DNA of 46,201 bases, taken from NCBI GenBank assembly GCA_018303125.1, contig JAGVYS010000005.1, positions 1-46,201 of the forward strand, in the 5' to 3' direction. Below the pieces are notes generated by a model. That model worked only from the letters and a program-made list of their open reading frames with translations. It was not told where the DNA came from and made no database searches. The stretch's first letter is position 1; every line of letters starts with the position of its first letter. This stretch comes from Candidatus Woesearchaeota archaeon (GTDB lineage: Archaea > Nanobdellota > Nanobdellia > Woesearchaeales > WJIZ01). This document shows positions 18,066 through 27,557 of the stretch, one piece after another. A program made the position numbers and the translations under genes.

Positions 18066-18830
18066 TTAGCTTAGACCAGAAAAAATAGATTTCCAGAAAG
18101 GTTTCTTTTTGCAATATGAACATGTAAAGATTAGGTCTTCTTTCAACTGGAGATTCTTTACTTCAGTAAAACTCGCCATACGTTCCAATAATCTCTCTTT
18201 AGGGCAAATAACATTGCCTGACTTCCAACTAAGATCCGTGTTAGAGCAATATCCAGTTAATGTATCGCAAAATACACCAGGTTCCACTTCTTGGATAATG
18301 TCTTCTCCCTTGGGATTTTTATAATAAAGGAGTTTAAAGTCATGTACAAGCGTGATAGCGATTAAGTCATGGCCTTTCACTGCCTGACATGCGCTATTGA
18401 TTTCATTTATGCATTGCTGAATCGTATTAGGGTCATTGCCATCCTGGTTTGGGCATACGCTGCTTTTCACTTTTGGCGTGGCCGCCTTACACTGCTCGGC
18501 AACTCTACAGTCCGCATCATTGCAGTCAACTGCGCCGTCCATGTCGTTATCCTCACCATCGCTACATTCTTCGAGTATGTCTGTTCCACTTGAGCAATAT
18601 CTGGAGCTATAGCAATCGGAGTCATCGCAATCCGTCCTGTAATCAGCATCATTATCTATTTCGTCATTGCAGATTTCTATTTCTGCATAACTAGCGTATT
18701 CCTTCAGCGAATCAGCTGCTATGTCTTTTCCCTGGCTATACGCTTCCCCTGTAGGATTAACATTGCCGCTACATCCAGCTACAATAAGAAAAAGAAACGC
18801 CATTGAAAACCATAAATAACACCTTGACAT
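18066..18830 (-). CDS. Putative lipoprotein with two Cys/Asp-rich Ca-binding-like repeats
   Basis: Lipobox IVAGC. Repeats EICNDEIDNDADYRTDCDDSDC and EECSDGEDNDMDGAVDCNDADC. Confidence 0.7.
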   Translation of the reverse strand: MSRCYLWFSMAFLFLIVAGCSGNVNPTGEAYSQGKDIAADSLKEYASYAEIEICNDEIDNDADYRTDCDDSDCYSSRYCSSGTDILEECSDGEDNDMDGAVDCNDADCRVAEQCKAATPKVKSSVCPNQDGNDPNTIQQCINEINSACQAVKGHDLIAITLVHDFKLLYYKNPKGEDIIQEVEPGVFCDTLTGYCSNTDLSWKSGNVICPKERLLERMASFTEVKNLQLKEDLIFTCSYCKKKPFWKSIFSGLS

Positions 18831-19101
18831 TTTGTAAATTGCCTCTTGAGTTACCCTGCCTTTTTTTCAGGTATAAAGTATCATCTCGTATAATAGGTAT
18901 ATATATTTTGCCTTTTGAAGTTACCTTCTCGCTTAAAGTAGTGACCAAATAAGTTTCCTTTCATTGAGTGTTCTGCATCAAGTGACCGTTCTCCGGTACT
19001 CAATGGCTATTGCTTTTTGCATCCAATATTCACTACTTTGTCTTGGCCCTTATCTATTCTGGGTTTTGAGCTATGCCTTGCTTAGTGCAAGTTATAAGGG
19101 T

Positions 19102-19719
19102 TTATCTATTCAAAAGAAATTCTAGTGAATATTGCTTACCGTACTGACTTTCTGCTAGGGTAATCACGGTTCCTTCCCGCAATATAACCATTCCAACATT
19201 GTTATATCTGTTAAGCCACTTATCTCTTAGAGAGTTTACTATAGGATCCATACTAGGATTTAGATTGGTACCTGGATTTAGATTTGCATCAGGCCTTGTA
19301 TGGGCTATACCGATTTTTCTCCCGTTCATGTACGTCCCGTTCACACTTCCTGCATCAAGCAAATTAAATTCCTTGCCGACAACACCTGCCGCCTTTGCAT
19401 CGCAGCACAACACCGCATGAACATCGGATATGTAGGGATTAGCTATCGTGATGCTCACTATTCCTCCCGCACTGTCACGGAAAACATCATAGCCCTCTAA
19501 AAAATTTTTGCGGAGGAAACTTCTATAGTTGTCCTCTGTAATCTGCTCTCGGCCTATGGCAATAACTTGCCGAGGAACCATTTCTTCCAGAAAAATGTCT
19601 ACTTTACCTTTTAAGAGGTTCTGCCCGATTAGGTTATAGGCTCCTCTTGCTCTCATTGCCACTGGACTATTCTTTCCGCTTGATGCTCCTGCTCCCGTTA
19701 ATGTATATTCATGCGCCAT
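19102..19719 (-). CDS. FHA domain protein
   Basis: Conserved FHA residues IGR, ISDVHA and DAGSVNGTYMNG. SD GGTGA upstream. Confidence 0.8.
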   Translation of the reverse strand: MAHEYTLTGAGASSGKNSPVAMRARGAYNLIGQNLLKGKVDIFLEEMVPRQVIAIGREQITEDNYRSFLRKNFLEGYDVFRDSAGGIVSITIANPYISDVHAVLCCDAKAAGVVGKEFNLLDAGSVNGTYMNGRKIGIAHTRPDANLNPGTNLNPSMDPIVNSLRDKWLNRYNNVGMVILREGTVITLAESQYGKQYSLEFLLNR

Positions 19720-19842
19720 TTTTTATCACCAACAAAAGAAATGAAGAGTTAAGTATAAACTTTTTTATTAAACTATATATTTTAGTATAAATAGAATATA
19801 CTTTTAGAAAAGTTTAAATATTAATAAGAATTTCAGTTATTT

Positions 19843-20778
19843 ATGAACAGAAAACTTGTGAGACAGGGGACCAGTACCCTGATGATTAGCCTTCCTGCGG
19901 CCTGGATAAAGCATTTTCACCTGACTAAAGGGTGCGAAGTGGATGTAAACTGGTATGGAAATGATTTGTCAATAAGTGCAAAAGGCATAAAGGAGAAGAA
20001 GGAGTATCACCTTAAACTTGAGTCAAATTTAGATTCTGTAATACGCACACTCATTTCGAATCCTTACAGGGAAGGGTATGATATAATTCATATAACCTTT
20101 GACAGCGAATCACAATATGCCCTGCTTCAAAAAACTTTATCAACACGTCTTATAGGATTTGAAATTATAAAAAGAGAAAAAAATCACTGCATTGTTGAAA
20201 ATGTGACAGAGCCTTCTGGGGATCAGTTTGACAATATTCTCAGGAAGCAGTTTCTGACAATTCGTGAGGGTATAGGGCTCGTTAGGAACAGGCTTGAAGG
20301 CAAGAAAGATTTCAATTTTGATGATGCTATTGAAGAGATTGCGGCGAGGACCCACAAATATGATAATTTCTGCCGCCGCTCACTTATAAAGCAACAGACA
20401 AAAAATCACCCTGAAATGCTATGGGCATTTTTGTCACATATTCAGCACGGATTTCGCGAGATATACTTTCTCAACAGCATAATAAAGGATAAGGCAGATG
20501 AGCGGGTGCTCATGCTATGCAATGATGCGTTAAAGACAATTAGCCTTATTGAGGAGATGTACTTCGAAAGAAAGGTGGAAAACATGATTGAATTACACAA
20601 AATAGAACGCTCCTTGTTACATGATAAAGTAGTGCAACTCCTTACCTCTAATTCTCAGGGAGCGTATGTTCATTTCCTTTTGAATTCCATAAGGACATTT
20701 TATCTCGCCAATAGCCCTATTTTTGGGTATCTGATTAGCGCCCAACAATCCTTTGGACCATCTGGTAAGTGGAAATAG
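19843..20778 (+). CDS. AbrB-PhoU archaeal phosphate-uptake-regulator-like protein
   Basis: N-terminal RKLVRQGTSTLMISLPAAW (AbrB/MazE), YREGYDIIHI, IGFEII and a helical PhoU-like C-terminus. Confidence 0.8.
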   Translation: MNRKLVRQGTSTLMISLPAAWIKHFHLTKGCEVDVNWYGNDLSISAKGIKEKKEYHLKLESNLDSVIRTLISNPYREGYDIIHITFDSESQYALLQKTLSTRLIGFEIIKREKNHCIVENVTEPSGDQFDNILRKQFLTIREGIGLVRNRLEGKKDFNFDDAIEEIAARTHKYDNFCRRSLIKQQTKNHPEMLWAFLSHIQHGFREIYFLNSIIKDKADERVLMLCNDALKTISLIEEMYFERKVENMIELHKIERSLLHDKVVQLLTSNSQGAYVHFLLNSIRTFYLANSPIFGYLISAQQSFGPSGKWK

Positions 20779-22225
20779 GAGGCTTATACGTCCCGGAGCT
20801 GTTTGTGTCTGCCGATGAGGGCATACATTTTGCCATCCATCCTATGGCTGCTATATGCAACAGCGATACATTTGTTTCGCCTATGCGCATAACTTGACTA
20901 GAGAGTTCGGATCGCAGCCCCTCATCTCTCTCAGCAGAAGTAAACAAGTATGCCAGGTCATCTACAGATATTCCTCTTTTCGCCAAAAATGGCGCAGCCT
21001 GCGTAAAATACTGCAACTGAGGCTGGAATAAATTTCCTGCATGCAACAAAAATGCAGCCTTGGCAGGAGTCATTCCTGATTCTGCGTCAGATACTCCGCT
21101 AATGATTTCACTTGCCGACGTATTTGCAATGGTCCTGAGATATGGCCTTAGTCCGGCAATATGTCGGTTGTATTGCTGAATTAGGTTATATTCCTCTCTT
21201 TGAGAGGTTGAGTGACTGTTATGAAAATATCCGCCAACTAAAATTGAGAAGCTCAGAGCAACTGTTAATAGTTTTGGGTTATTTATTGCTTTCTCATAAC
21301 CTGGCACAGCAATAGAACCAATAAGGTCGCTACAGCCATCACTGAAATTCCTATATCTCTTTTCTGTATCAAGAGTTGTAAGGCGCTCTATTACTGCCCG
21401 AGATTTACGTAACCGTGAAGGGATTCTATCCAAAGCCTGGCCAATATACTTTGCGTGGTTTTCTGTCAATGACCCTTCAATAGAAATCTGCCTTCCGTTA
21501 ACCTTGACAATGCCGTTTTCATAGGGATGGTAGGTAATCCAATGGCACCCTGTCAGCATAAACAATACTGTTTTTCCAAGTGCATATAACTCGCTTTGGT
21601 CGGAATACTGGGTTGGATTGGCTGTGAATGTGGCAAAGAGTAATGGGTCTGTCACCTTATCGCTCCCGCCTATAGTAGCTACCTCCTTTTTAGCATCCTC
21701 TTTCGTTATAAGATAACCAAAATCAGTAAGCCATAATTTAGATAGGTTATTGCTAACTATTACGTTTCCTGGCTTTATATCCCTATGAAATAGCTCATTT
21801 TCATTCAGATGGCTAACAGCATCAACCAGTTGTGGAATAAGGGATCGTGCCTGAGGGACAGTTAGCCCAGAATTCGAAATTCTGCTTTCTAATGATTGCC
21901 CTTCCACGAAATCATAAATTGGATAGATATTACCGTCAGCATTAACGAAATCATAAAGTCTTGTGAGATTGTGCTCTTGAGGAGATGGAACTTCATTAAA
22001 AACATGAAGAGTCTCTCTGTCGGTGGTATAATGCCATCTTCTCGCATGTCTGGCTGTTTGACTGGATATTTCGCCATCAGGTACATCTATTTTTGTGACA
22101 AACTCCTGTGCACCCCTTTTCAGCCTTAAAACTACGCTATTGGCTCCTTCGGCATAGTATTTTATATAAGTATATTTAGCAGATAGTTCCCTTTCCGCAT
22201 TCAGTATCAGTCCATCTATGTCCAT
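20735..22225 (-). CDS. Hanks-type Ser/Thr protein kinase with a transmembrane helix and extracellular C-terminal domain
   Basis: AEGANSVV loop, VTKI lysine, HRDIKPGNV, TDFG, SELYALG and TM LLTVALSFSILVGGYF. Confidence 0.85.
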   Translation of the reverse strand: MDIDGLILNAERELSAKYTYIKYYAEGANSVVLRLKRGAQEFVTKIDVPDGEISSQTARHARRWHYTTDRETLHVFNEVPSPQEHNLTRLYDFVNADGNIYPIYDFVEGQSLESRISNSGLTVPQARSLIPQLVDAVSHLNENELFHRDIKPGNVIVSNNLSKLWLTDFGYLITKEDAKKEVATIGGSDKVTDPLLFATFTANPTQYSDQSELYALGKTVLFMLTGCHWITYHPYENGIVKVNGRQISIEGSLTENHAKYIGQALDRIPSRLRKSRAVIERLTTLDTEKRYRNFSDGCSDLIGSIAVPGYEKAINNPKLLTVALSFSILVGGYFHNSHSTSQREEYNLIQQYNRHIAGLRPYLRTIANTSASEIISGVSDAESGMTPAKAAFLLHAGNLFQPQLQYFTQAAPFLAKRGISVDDLAYLFTSAERDEGLRSELSSQVMRIGETNVSLLHIAAIGWMAKCMPSSADTNSSGTYKPPISTYQMVQRIVGR

Positions 22226-22424
22226 GGGTATCCCAACTAAGTAAGTTAAATAACTTCGTTTATAAATTTTTCGCTACTGATAAGTAACAATAATTAAGAG
22301 TTTTTACAAAGCAGAAACCCTGAAAGAGACAACGAAAATCCAGTCATCGTATAATTGGGCTGTATGAGCCAATGTAGAAAATGCCACCAAAATACTTATA
22401 TACTGTCATAAAAAAGCATTTTCA

Positions 22425-22673
22425 ATGCCTGAAATAAATTTCTGCCCTTACTGCGAGGCTGCGCAGCACAAGCTTCTTCATTGCAAGGAAGACATATTCT
22501 TCTGCAAGGCGTGTAGCAGGTTCTTCAGGTTTAGCGATATAAGCATCACATGCGAGAGATGTAAAGGTAACCTTGTAAAGTCAGATTTTGACATGCCTAG
22601 TGGGGGAACTGTTTTTTTCTGCCAGAAATGCAAGAAAACCTTCCCTGCGAAGGAGATTATGGGGAGCGTATAA
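22425..22673 (+). CDS. Small double zinc-ribbon protein
   Basis: Four CxxC pairs (CPYC, CKAC, CERC, CQKC) in 82 aa, with TATA (cttatata) upstream. Confidence 0.7.
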   Translation: MPEINFCPYCEAAQHKLLHCKEDIFFCKACSRFFRFSDISITCERCKGNLVKSDFDMPSGGTVFFCQKCKKTFPAKEIMGSV

Positions 22674-22737
22674 ATAACCACTAAGTAGTAGTAATAAAAT
22701 AGAAAGATTTAAATAACCTATCTGAGAATAAGCAAGA

Positions 22738-23082
22738 ATGGCATATACAAGGCATGACCCCTTCGATGACGGCCCTTCTTACAGGGCTGCATCTGATGAC
22801 AATATGTATAGTTCTGCTAGATACCATTCCGAAGAAAAGGAAGCTATATACAAGACTGAAATTGCGGAGCAAAAGGAAGATGAAATGACAGAATTCGAGA
22901 AGCATGTTGAAGAAGAAATCAAGCCAAAATATGAAAAGAAAAAAGAGAATGAGGACATAAGGAAGGTAGCTGCAGATGAAATCAGGACACAGCCAGAGGA
23001 AAAAAAGCAGGAGAAGAAAGAAGACATAAAAATAACGATTGATGACGCCATAGACAAGGCAATAAAAGAAGAGAAGCTGTAA
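22738..23082 (+). CDS. Hypothetical highly charged (E/K-rich) protein
   Basis: 114-aa ORF with host-like purine-rich codon use and a TATA-like tttaaata upstream. Confidence 0.65.
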   Translation: MAYTRHDPFDDGPSYRAASDDNMYSSARYHSEEKEAIYKTEIAEQKEDEMTEFEKHVEEEIKPKYEKKKENEDIRKVAADEIRTQPEEKKQEKKEDIKITIDDAIDKAIKEEKL

Positions 23083-23083
23083 A

Positions 23084-23506
23084 ATGGGACACAAAAATAC
23101 AAGCTCACTGGCATTTGAGGTAGAGAAACAGCTTGCAGGAGATTACAATATATCCGGCCATGGTGACATTGGCGCATTCTACATGTCTGCAGCAAGGGCA
23201 GACCTTCCTGCATATACTGCAATGGCATATCACCCTACACAACATGAAGTCCTTTCAAATTTCAGGTATGGCAGAGTGGAAGTAGGCTATGAGAAGGGAT
23301 TGATTAACACAAGAGAGGCAGTAAAAGGAATACCGTTTGAAGCTTATATGCCTGTCTCTGTGGTAACTCCAGACGGAGTTGGCCGTAACAAGCAGGTAGA
23401 GAAAGACCCGAAGAAAGTCTCGGATGAGATAATAATAGCCATAGCAGAAATTATGATGAAAGACAAAAAGACAAAGAGCGTTAAAAAATCAGGAAAACCT
23501 TATTAA
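23084..23506 (+). CDS. Hypothetical protein
   Basis: 140-aa ORF directly following the upstream stop codon (TAA-A-ATG). Confidence 0.55.
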   Translation: MGHKNTSSLAFEVEKQLAGDYNISGHGDIGAFYMSAARADLPAYTAMAYHPTQHEVLSNFRYGRVEVGYEKGLINTREAVKGIPFEAYMPVSVVTPDGVGRNKQVEKDPKKVSDEIIIAIAEIMMKDKKTKSVKKSGKPY

Positions 23507-23527
23507 CACGCTTCTAAATGTTTATAC

Positions 23528-24757
23528 ATGCCTGATGTGCTCTACATACACCCAGAAGGTGTATTCCCTTCTTTTTCGATTTCCCATTACAAAGGCCTGA
23601 GCAATGCAGGGCAGCATTCCTTCGGGATAATTCCAATGGGCATAATAGGCATTCTTAATAATCTCATTAAGCACGGCATATCTGCAAAAGGCATAAGCAT
23701 TCCTCTCAAGAAAAGGTTAAATCCTGGCTTCAGTCTTGAAGAATATCTTGCATGGTCAAAGCCAAGCATGGTACTGATTGATGTTCACTGGTATGTTCAC
23801 ATAAGTAAGGGCATTGAAGCAGCGGAAATATGCAAAAAGGCAGGATGCACTGTTGTTGTTGGCGGCTTAAGCTCTTCTCTCTTCTGGAAGCAGTTGATTG
23901 GCCTTAACTGCATAGATTTTGTTATAAGAGGCGATGCTGAGCTCCCGATGCTACTGCTCGCAAAATCAATTCTCAAGAATCTTAAATGTGATGCTATTCC
24001 AAATCTCTCAGGAAAAGATTTCAGCAATCCTATTGGTTACAGGTGCACTGACATTGACAATTATGACTATGTAAACATAGACTTTCTTGAGGACAACGAT
24101 GTATATTGCAATATGTTCGACTTCTGGCTGATGGTCGGGAAAGGCTGTCCTTTCAACTGTGAGCATTGTGATGGTGCGATAATGAGGACAGAAGGTTACT
24201 TCGGAAGGACAAGGACTCTTTTCAGGTCACCTCAAAATATAATAAACGATATCAAAAACATAAAGTCAGGCACAGTAGCCTTCTCGCTTGATTTCGGCCT
24301 GATGCCAAAACAGCTCATCAGCGCGATATCAGAGGAAAGATTTGGTATCTGCGCAAGGAACGAGTTCTTTGAACTGCCCGACATTAGAAGCGTAAGCGCA
24401 ATAAAGCATTCTTTCAAGTCGTTCGACCTGGTTTTTTCTCCAATTTCCGGGGATGATGGTGAAAGGCAGGGTCTTGGCAAGAAGTACAAAAACAAGGAAT
24501 TCCTTTCCTTTCTGGAGACACTGAAGAAGGAAGATATCGTTGGAGGGGTAATAGTATATTTCACTAACATGATTATCTCACCTTTCAATGTCAAGGAGAT
24601 TAGCAATGAGCAAAGGAAAAAGCTGGAAAAGGGAATATTAGGCATATTCCCAAATGCGATTGTCGAGACTATGCCTCAGATAATTGACCCAGGTACATTG
24701 GGCAAGGATCTAGATGAAGTGTTTGCAGAATATTCTGCAGCAGGTTATGCAAAATGA
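23528..24757 (+). CDS. Cobalamin-binding-domain radical SAM protein
   Basis: B12-binding region (VVVGGLSS, IDFVIRGDAE) and GKGCPFNCEHC (CxxxCxxC). Confidence 0.85.
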   Translation: MPDVLYIHPEGVFPSFSISHYKGLSNAGQHSFGIIPMGIIGILNNLIKHGISAKGISIPLKKRLNPGFSLEEYLAWSKPSMVLIDVHWYVHISKGIEAAEICKKAGCTVVVGGLSSSLFWKQLIGLNCIDFVIRGDAELPMLLLAKSILKNLKCDAIPNLSGKDFSNPIGYRCTDIDNYDYVNIDFLEDNDVYCNMFDFWLMVGKGCPFNCEHCDGAIMRTEGYFGRTRTLFRSPQNIINDIKNIKSGTVAFSLDFGLMPKQLISAISEERFGICARNEFFELPDIRSVSAIKHSFKSFDLVFSPISGDDGERQGLGKKYKNKEFLSFLETLKKEDIVGGVIVYFTNMIISPFNVKEISNEQRKKLEKGILGIFPNAIVETMPQIIDPGTLGKDLDEVFAEYSAAGYAK

Positions 24758-25386
24758 AATTCATAATTTTTCTAATGGCTCCTGCCGTAATGCTACTCTC
24801 AGTTTTATTTATCCTATCCGGCCTTTACATAACTGTAACAAGTGAATCATTTCAGTTAAGAGAGCTTGACAAGCTCGGCATAGGTAATGAATTCGGCATA
24901 GATATAAGCAAATACCACTCAGATGTTCTATCCTACCTCAATGGCAAAAGTGATTCGATGCCAATGGATATAGTTCTTAATGAGAAGGAGCTCATTCATA
25001 TGAGGGATGTTAGGAATGCTTTCTCATTGCTTTCAAATGTCTTTAATGCAATTCTTTTTTCATACCTGCTTTTGCTAACAATAATATATATTTTTTCAGG
25101 CGGCATTAAAATGCCTGCTTTTGCGCTTATGTATACGGGAATTCTGTCACTTGTCCTTGCTTTGGCAATAACATTGATTGGCTTTGACTCTGTTTTCACT
25201 AATTTTCATTTGCTTTTCTTTGAAGGCGACAGCTGGCTTTTCAATCCGGATGAGAATATAATAAAAATATACTCAATCGAATTTTTCTGGAGCATGTTTG
25301 AAAGGTCAATTGCATTCGATATTGTCATAATCCTTTCTGCAGTCATTCCGGGCATTTTATGGAAGGAAAACTTATTAAAAGAATGA
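24754..25386 (+). CDS. DUF1461/TIGR01906 membrane protein (Lit lipoprotein intramolecular transacylase-like)
   Basis: EKELIHMRDVR, FDSVFTNFHLLFF and WLFNP motifs, with 4 TM helices. Confidence 0.75.
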   Translation: MKFIIFLMAPAVMLLSVLFILSGLYITVTSESFQLRELDKLGIGNEFGIDISKYHSDVLSYLNGKSDSMPMDIVLNEKELIHMRDVRNAFSLLSNVFNAILFSYLLLLTIIYIFSGGIKMPAFALMYTGILSLVLALAITLIGFDSVFTNFHLLFFEGDSWLFNPDENIIKIYSIEFFWSMFERSIAFDIVIILSAVIPGILWKENLLKE

Positions 25387-25401
25387 TATGATGAAAGAAG
25401 T

Positions 25402-26106
25402 ATGGCAAAGCTCATAGCTGCAAACTGGAAGATGAACAAAACCGTAGATGAGACAGTTGATTTCATTTCAGGGCTTAAAAAATCAAAGATCCCGAAGGAA
25501 ATGGAAATTGCTGTATTCCCTCCTTTCACTTCCCTTCATGCTGCTTCGAAGCTGCTGGAAAAATCGAAAATATCTCTGGGAGCGCAGAACATGTATTTCG
25601 AGGAAAAAGGCGCTTTCACGGGTGAAATCTCCCCGCTCATGCTTAAGGAACTTGGTTGCAGATATGTTCTGATAGGTCACTCTGAAAGAAGGCACATCAT
25701 TGCAGAAAAAAACAAGGATATAAAGAAGAAGTTTTCCCTTGCATTGAAATGGGAACTTATTCCTGTACTATGTGTAGGCGAAACAAAGAAAGAAAGAAAA
25801 TCAGGAAAAACAATGGAAGTGATAGAGTCGCAGCTAAAGGGGATTCAAGCTTCAAAAGGAATAGTTATAGCGTATGAGCCTGTCTGGGCGATAGGCACAG
25901 GTGAAAACGCCACAGCAAAGCAGGCATCAGAAATGCATTCTGCCATAAGAAGGATTATTTCAAGGAACAGTATAAGGATAATTTATGGTGGAAGCGTCTC
26001 TCCAGAGAACTCAAGCAATTTTCTAAGGGAAAAGGAGATAGATGGCCTTCTTGTAGGCGGGGCATCATTGGACCTGAAGAAATTCACCTATATCATAAAT
26101 TCCTAA
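25402..26106 (+). CDS. tpiA: Triosephosphate isomerase, bacterial type
   Basis: AANWKMN, GAFTGEIS, IGHSERR, AYEPVWAIGTG and DGLLVGGASL. Confidence 0.96.
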   Translation: MAKLIAANWKMNKTVDETVDFISGLKKSKIPKEMEIAVFPPFTSLHAASKLLEKSKISLGAQNMYFEEKGAFTGEISPLMLKELGCRYVLIGHSERRHIIAEKNKDIKKKFSLALKWELIPVLCVGETKKERKSGKTMEVIESQLKGIQASKGIVIAYEPVWAIGTGENATAKQASEMHSAIRRIISRNSIRIIYGGSVSPENSSNFLREKEIDGLLVGGASLDLKKFTYIINS

Positions 26107-26642
26107 TCAACATAAACATATACTTTCTGCTGCTTGTCATACTTGTTGCCTAAAACAGCAGAATTGCCCTTATAGACATCAACATTGATGATGTACGTTC
26201 CATGCTGGGCTCCCTTGTCAAGCTCCAAAGCTATCCCTAAATTTGCTTCCTGATTCTGCCCTATCTTCTCTTTTCTATTTTCTGGCAATATTTTAATTGC
26301 ATTTGGCGGGATATCCTTAACAGCACCGTCAGAAAGGTAGCTGCCCAATTCAGCTGTTATGTAAAAGTCTTCAGTCTCAACAACATTCCTGATTTTCAGG
26401 CCGACAATTACCAAATCCTTTGGCTTGAGGTCAAAAGATGCCTGGCTTAAGCATAATATCTGATTGCCCTGGCATTTTAAATCTGCTATCCTGCTGTCGA
26501 GCTCTGTAAGGGTGAGGTCCTTCAATGACTCTGCCCCCCCTGCCAGATTGTAGATGAACACAATGCCAAAACCGAAGATTGCAAGAGAAAGAATAAGAAC
26601 AACTAGGAAGTTTACCGAAAGCTCTATAGCTCCTTTGTCCAT
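26103..26642 (-). CDS. Class III signal-peptide (pilin-like) protein
   Basis: MDKG|AIELSVNFLVVLILSLAIF prepilin-like N-terminus, then a beta-rich domain. Confidence 0.75.
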   Translation of the reverse strand: MDKGAIELSVNFLVVLILSLAIFGFGIVFIYNLAGGAESLKDLTLTELDSRIADLKCQGNQILCLSQASFDLKPKDLVIVGLKIRNVVETEDFYITAELGSYLSDGAVKDIPPNAIKILPENRKEKIGQNQEANLGIALELDKGAQHGTYIINVDVYKGNSAVLGNKYDKQQKVYVYVD

Positions 26643-26643
26643 C

Positions 26644-26862
26644 CTAAGCTATAATCTCATATTCCTTGACAATTATTATCATGAACAGCAAAAGAACTAT
26701 GCCACCAATGACTATCCATGACATACCACCAGTTACATCTCCCTTGAAAATGTTGAAAAGCCCGAAGCCCATTACTGCAAACCCTAGCCATAGAAACTTG
26801 TCAAGAACAAGCTTAAGAATCTCAAACTCCTCTGCCTGAGTCAGCCTTTTTTTCTTTTTCAT
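26644..26862 (-). CDS. Small two-TM membrane protein
   Basis: 72 aa: basic N-terminus, EFEILKLVLDKFLWLG and two hydrophobic helices. Operonic with flanking pilin-like genes. Confidence 0.7.
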   Translation of the reverse strand: MKKKKRLTQAEEFEILKLVLDKFLWLGFAVMGFGLFNIFKGDVTGGMSWIVIGGIVLLLFMIIIVKEYEIIA

Positions 26863-27485
26863 ATGAACTTGATGAAAAATGAATTGGTGATGTATTCAAT
26901 CCCTGCATCCGGAACTGTAAGACTGGTGCCGCACTTTGCGTTACTCACTGGAGTAGATGTAGTGTCATCGCGAAGTACTTTTATTTTGTATAATTTTGTA
27001 CCTGATGCTGTCCTGGCTGTCTTAATTGTGATTGGGTAAACATTTGGCTCGCCTGCATCAAGCTTCTGGGTCAATTTGTCCCAGAGGAATGCCGCTGGCT
27101 TTGCTGCACTTGTCGCGAGATTTGAGTCAGGTAGTATAGGTGTTTCAACATCGCCCACAATCTCATCCAGGCATACAACAAAGGATATGTCCTGTGGCTC
27201 CACATTCTTTACACCTATAACTATGACCTTTTCATCCCCCCCTTCAATATCAATCCTGTCTCCGGGAAAAGAAAGCTTCTTGTCCCCTCTCCTCATTGCA
27301 TCAAGGATATCCTGCTTTGATGCATCAAGGACCTGCTGCTGTATGTCACCTGCGCCGCCGAAAAAGTTCTTTACGAACGCCAATCCAAGGCCAAGTACAG
27401 TCATTGCAATGATAATAATCACGATTGAATTAATAGAAAGTTCAAGTGCACCCTTCTTGCTGCGAAACATCCCTCTTTTTTGCAT
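26859..27485 (-). CDS. Class III signal-peptide (pilin-like) protein
   Basis: SKKG|ALELSINSIVIIIIAMTVLGLG. SD GGTGA upstream. Confidence 0.78.
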   Translation of the reverse strand: MQKRGMFRSKKGALELSINSIVIIIIAMTVLGLGLAFVKNFFGGAGDIQQQVLDASKQDILDAMRRGDKKLSFPGDRIDIEGGDEKVIVIGVKNVEPQDISFVVCLDEIVGDVETPILPDSNLATSAAKPAAFLWDKLTQKLDAGEPNVYPITIKTARTASGTKLYKIKVLRDDTTSTPVSNAKCGTSLTVPDAGIEYITNSFFIKFI

Positions 27486-27557
27486 ACTCTCACCATGACA
27501 AGAATAATTTATAAACTTTTCGCAAGCGCACCATAAAAGACGCTTGCTAATATGAGA

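Noticed and set aside
18962-19005. 8-bp inverted repeat CATTGAGT...ACTCAATG in an intergenic gap
   Set aside because: A single short stem with a 28-nt loop and no further structure or copies. Compatible with chance.
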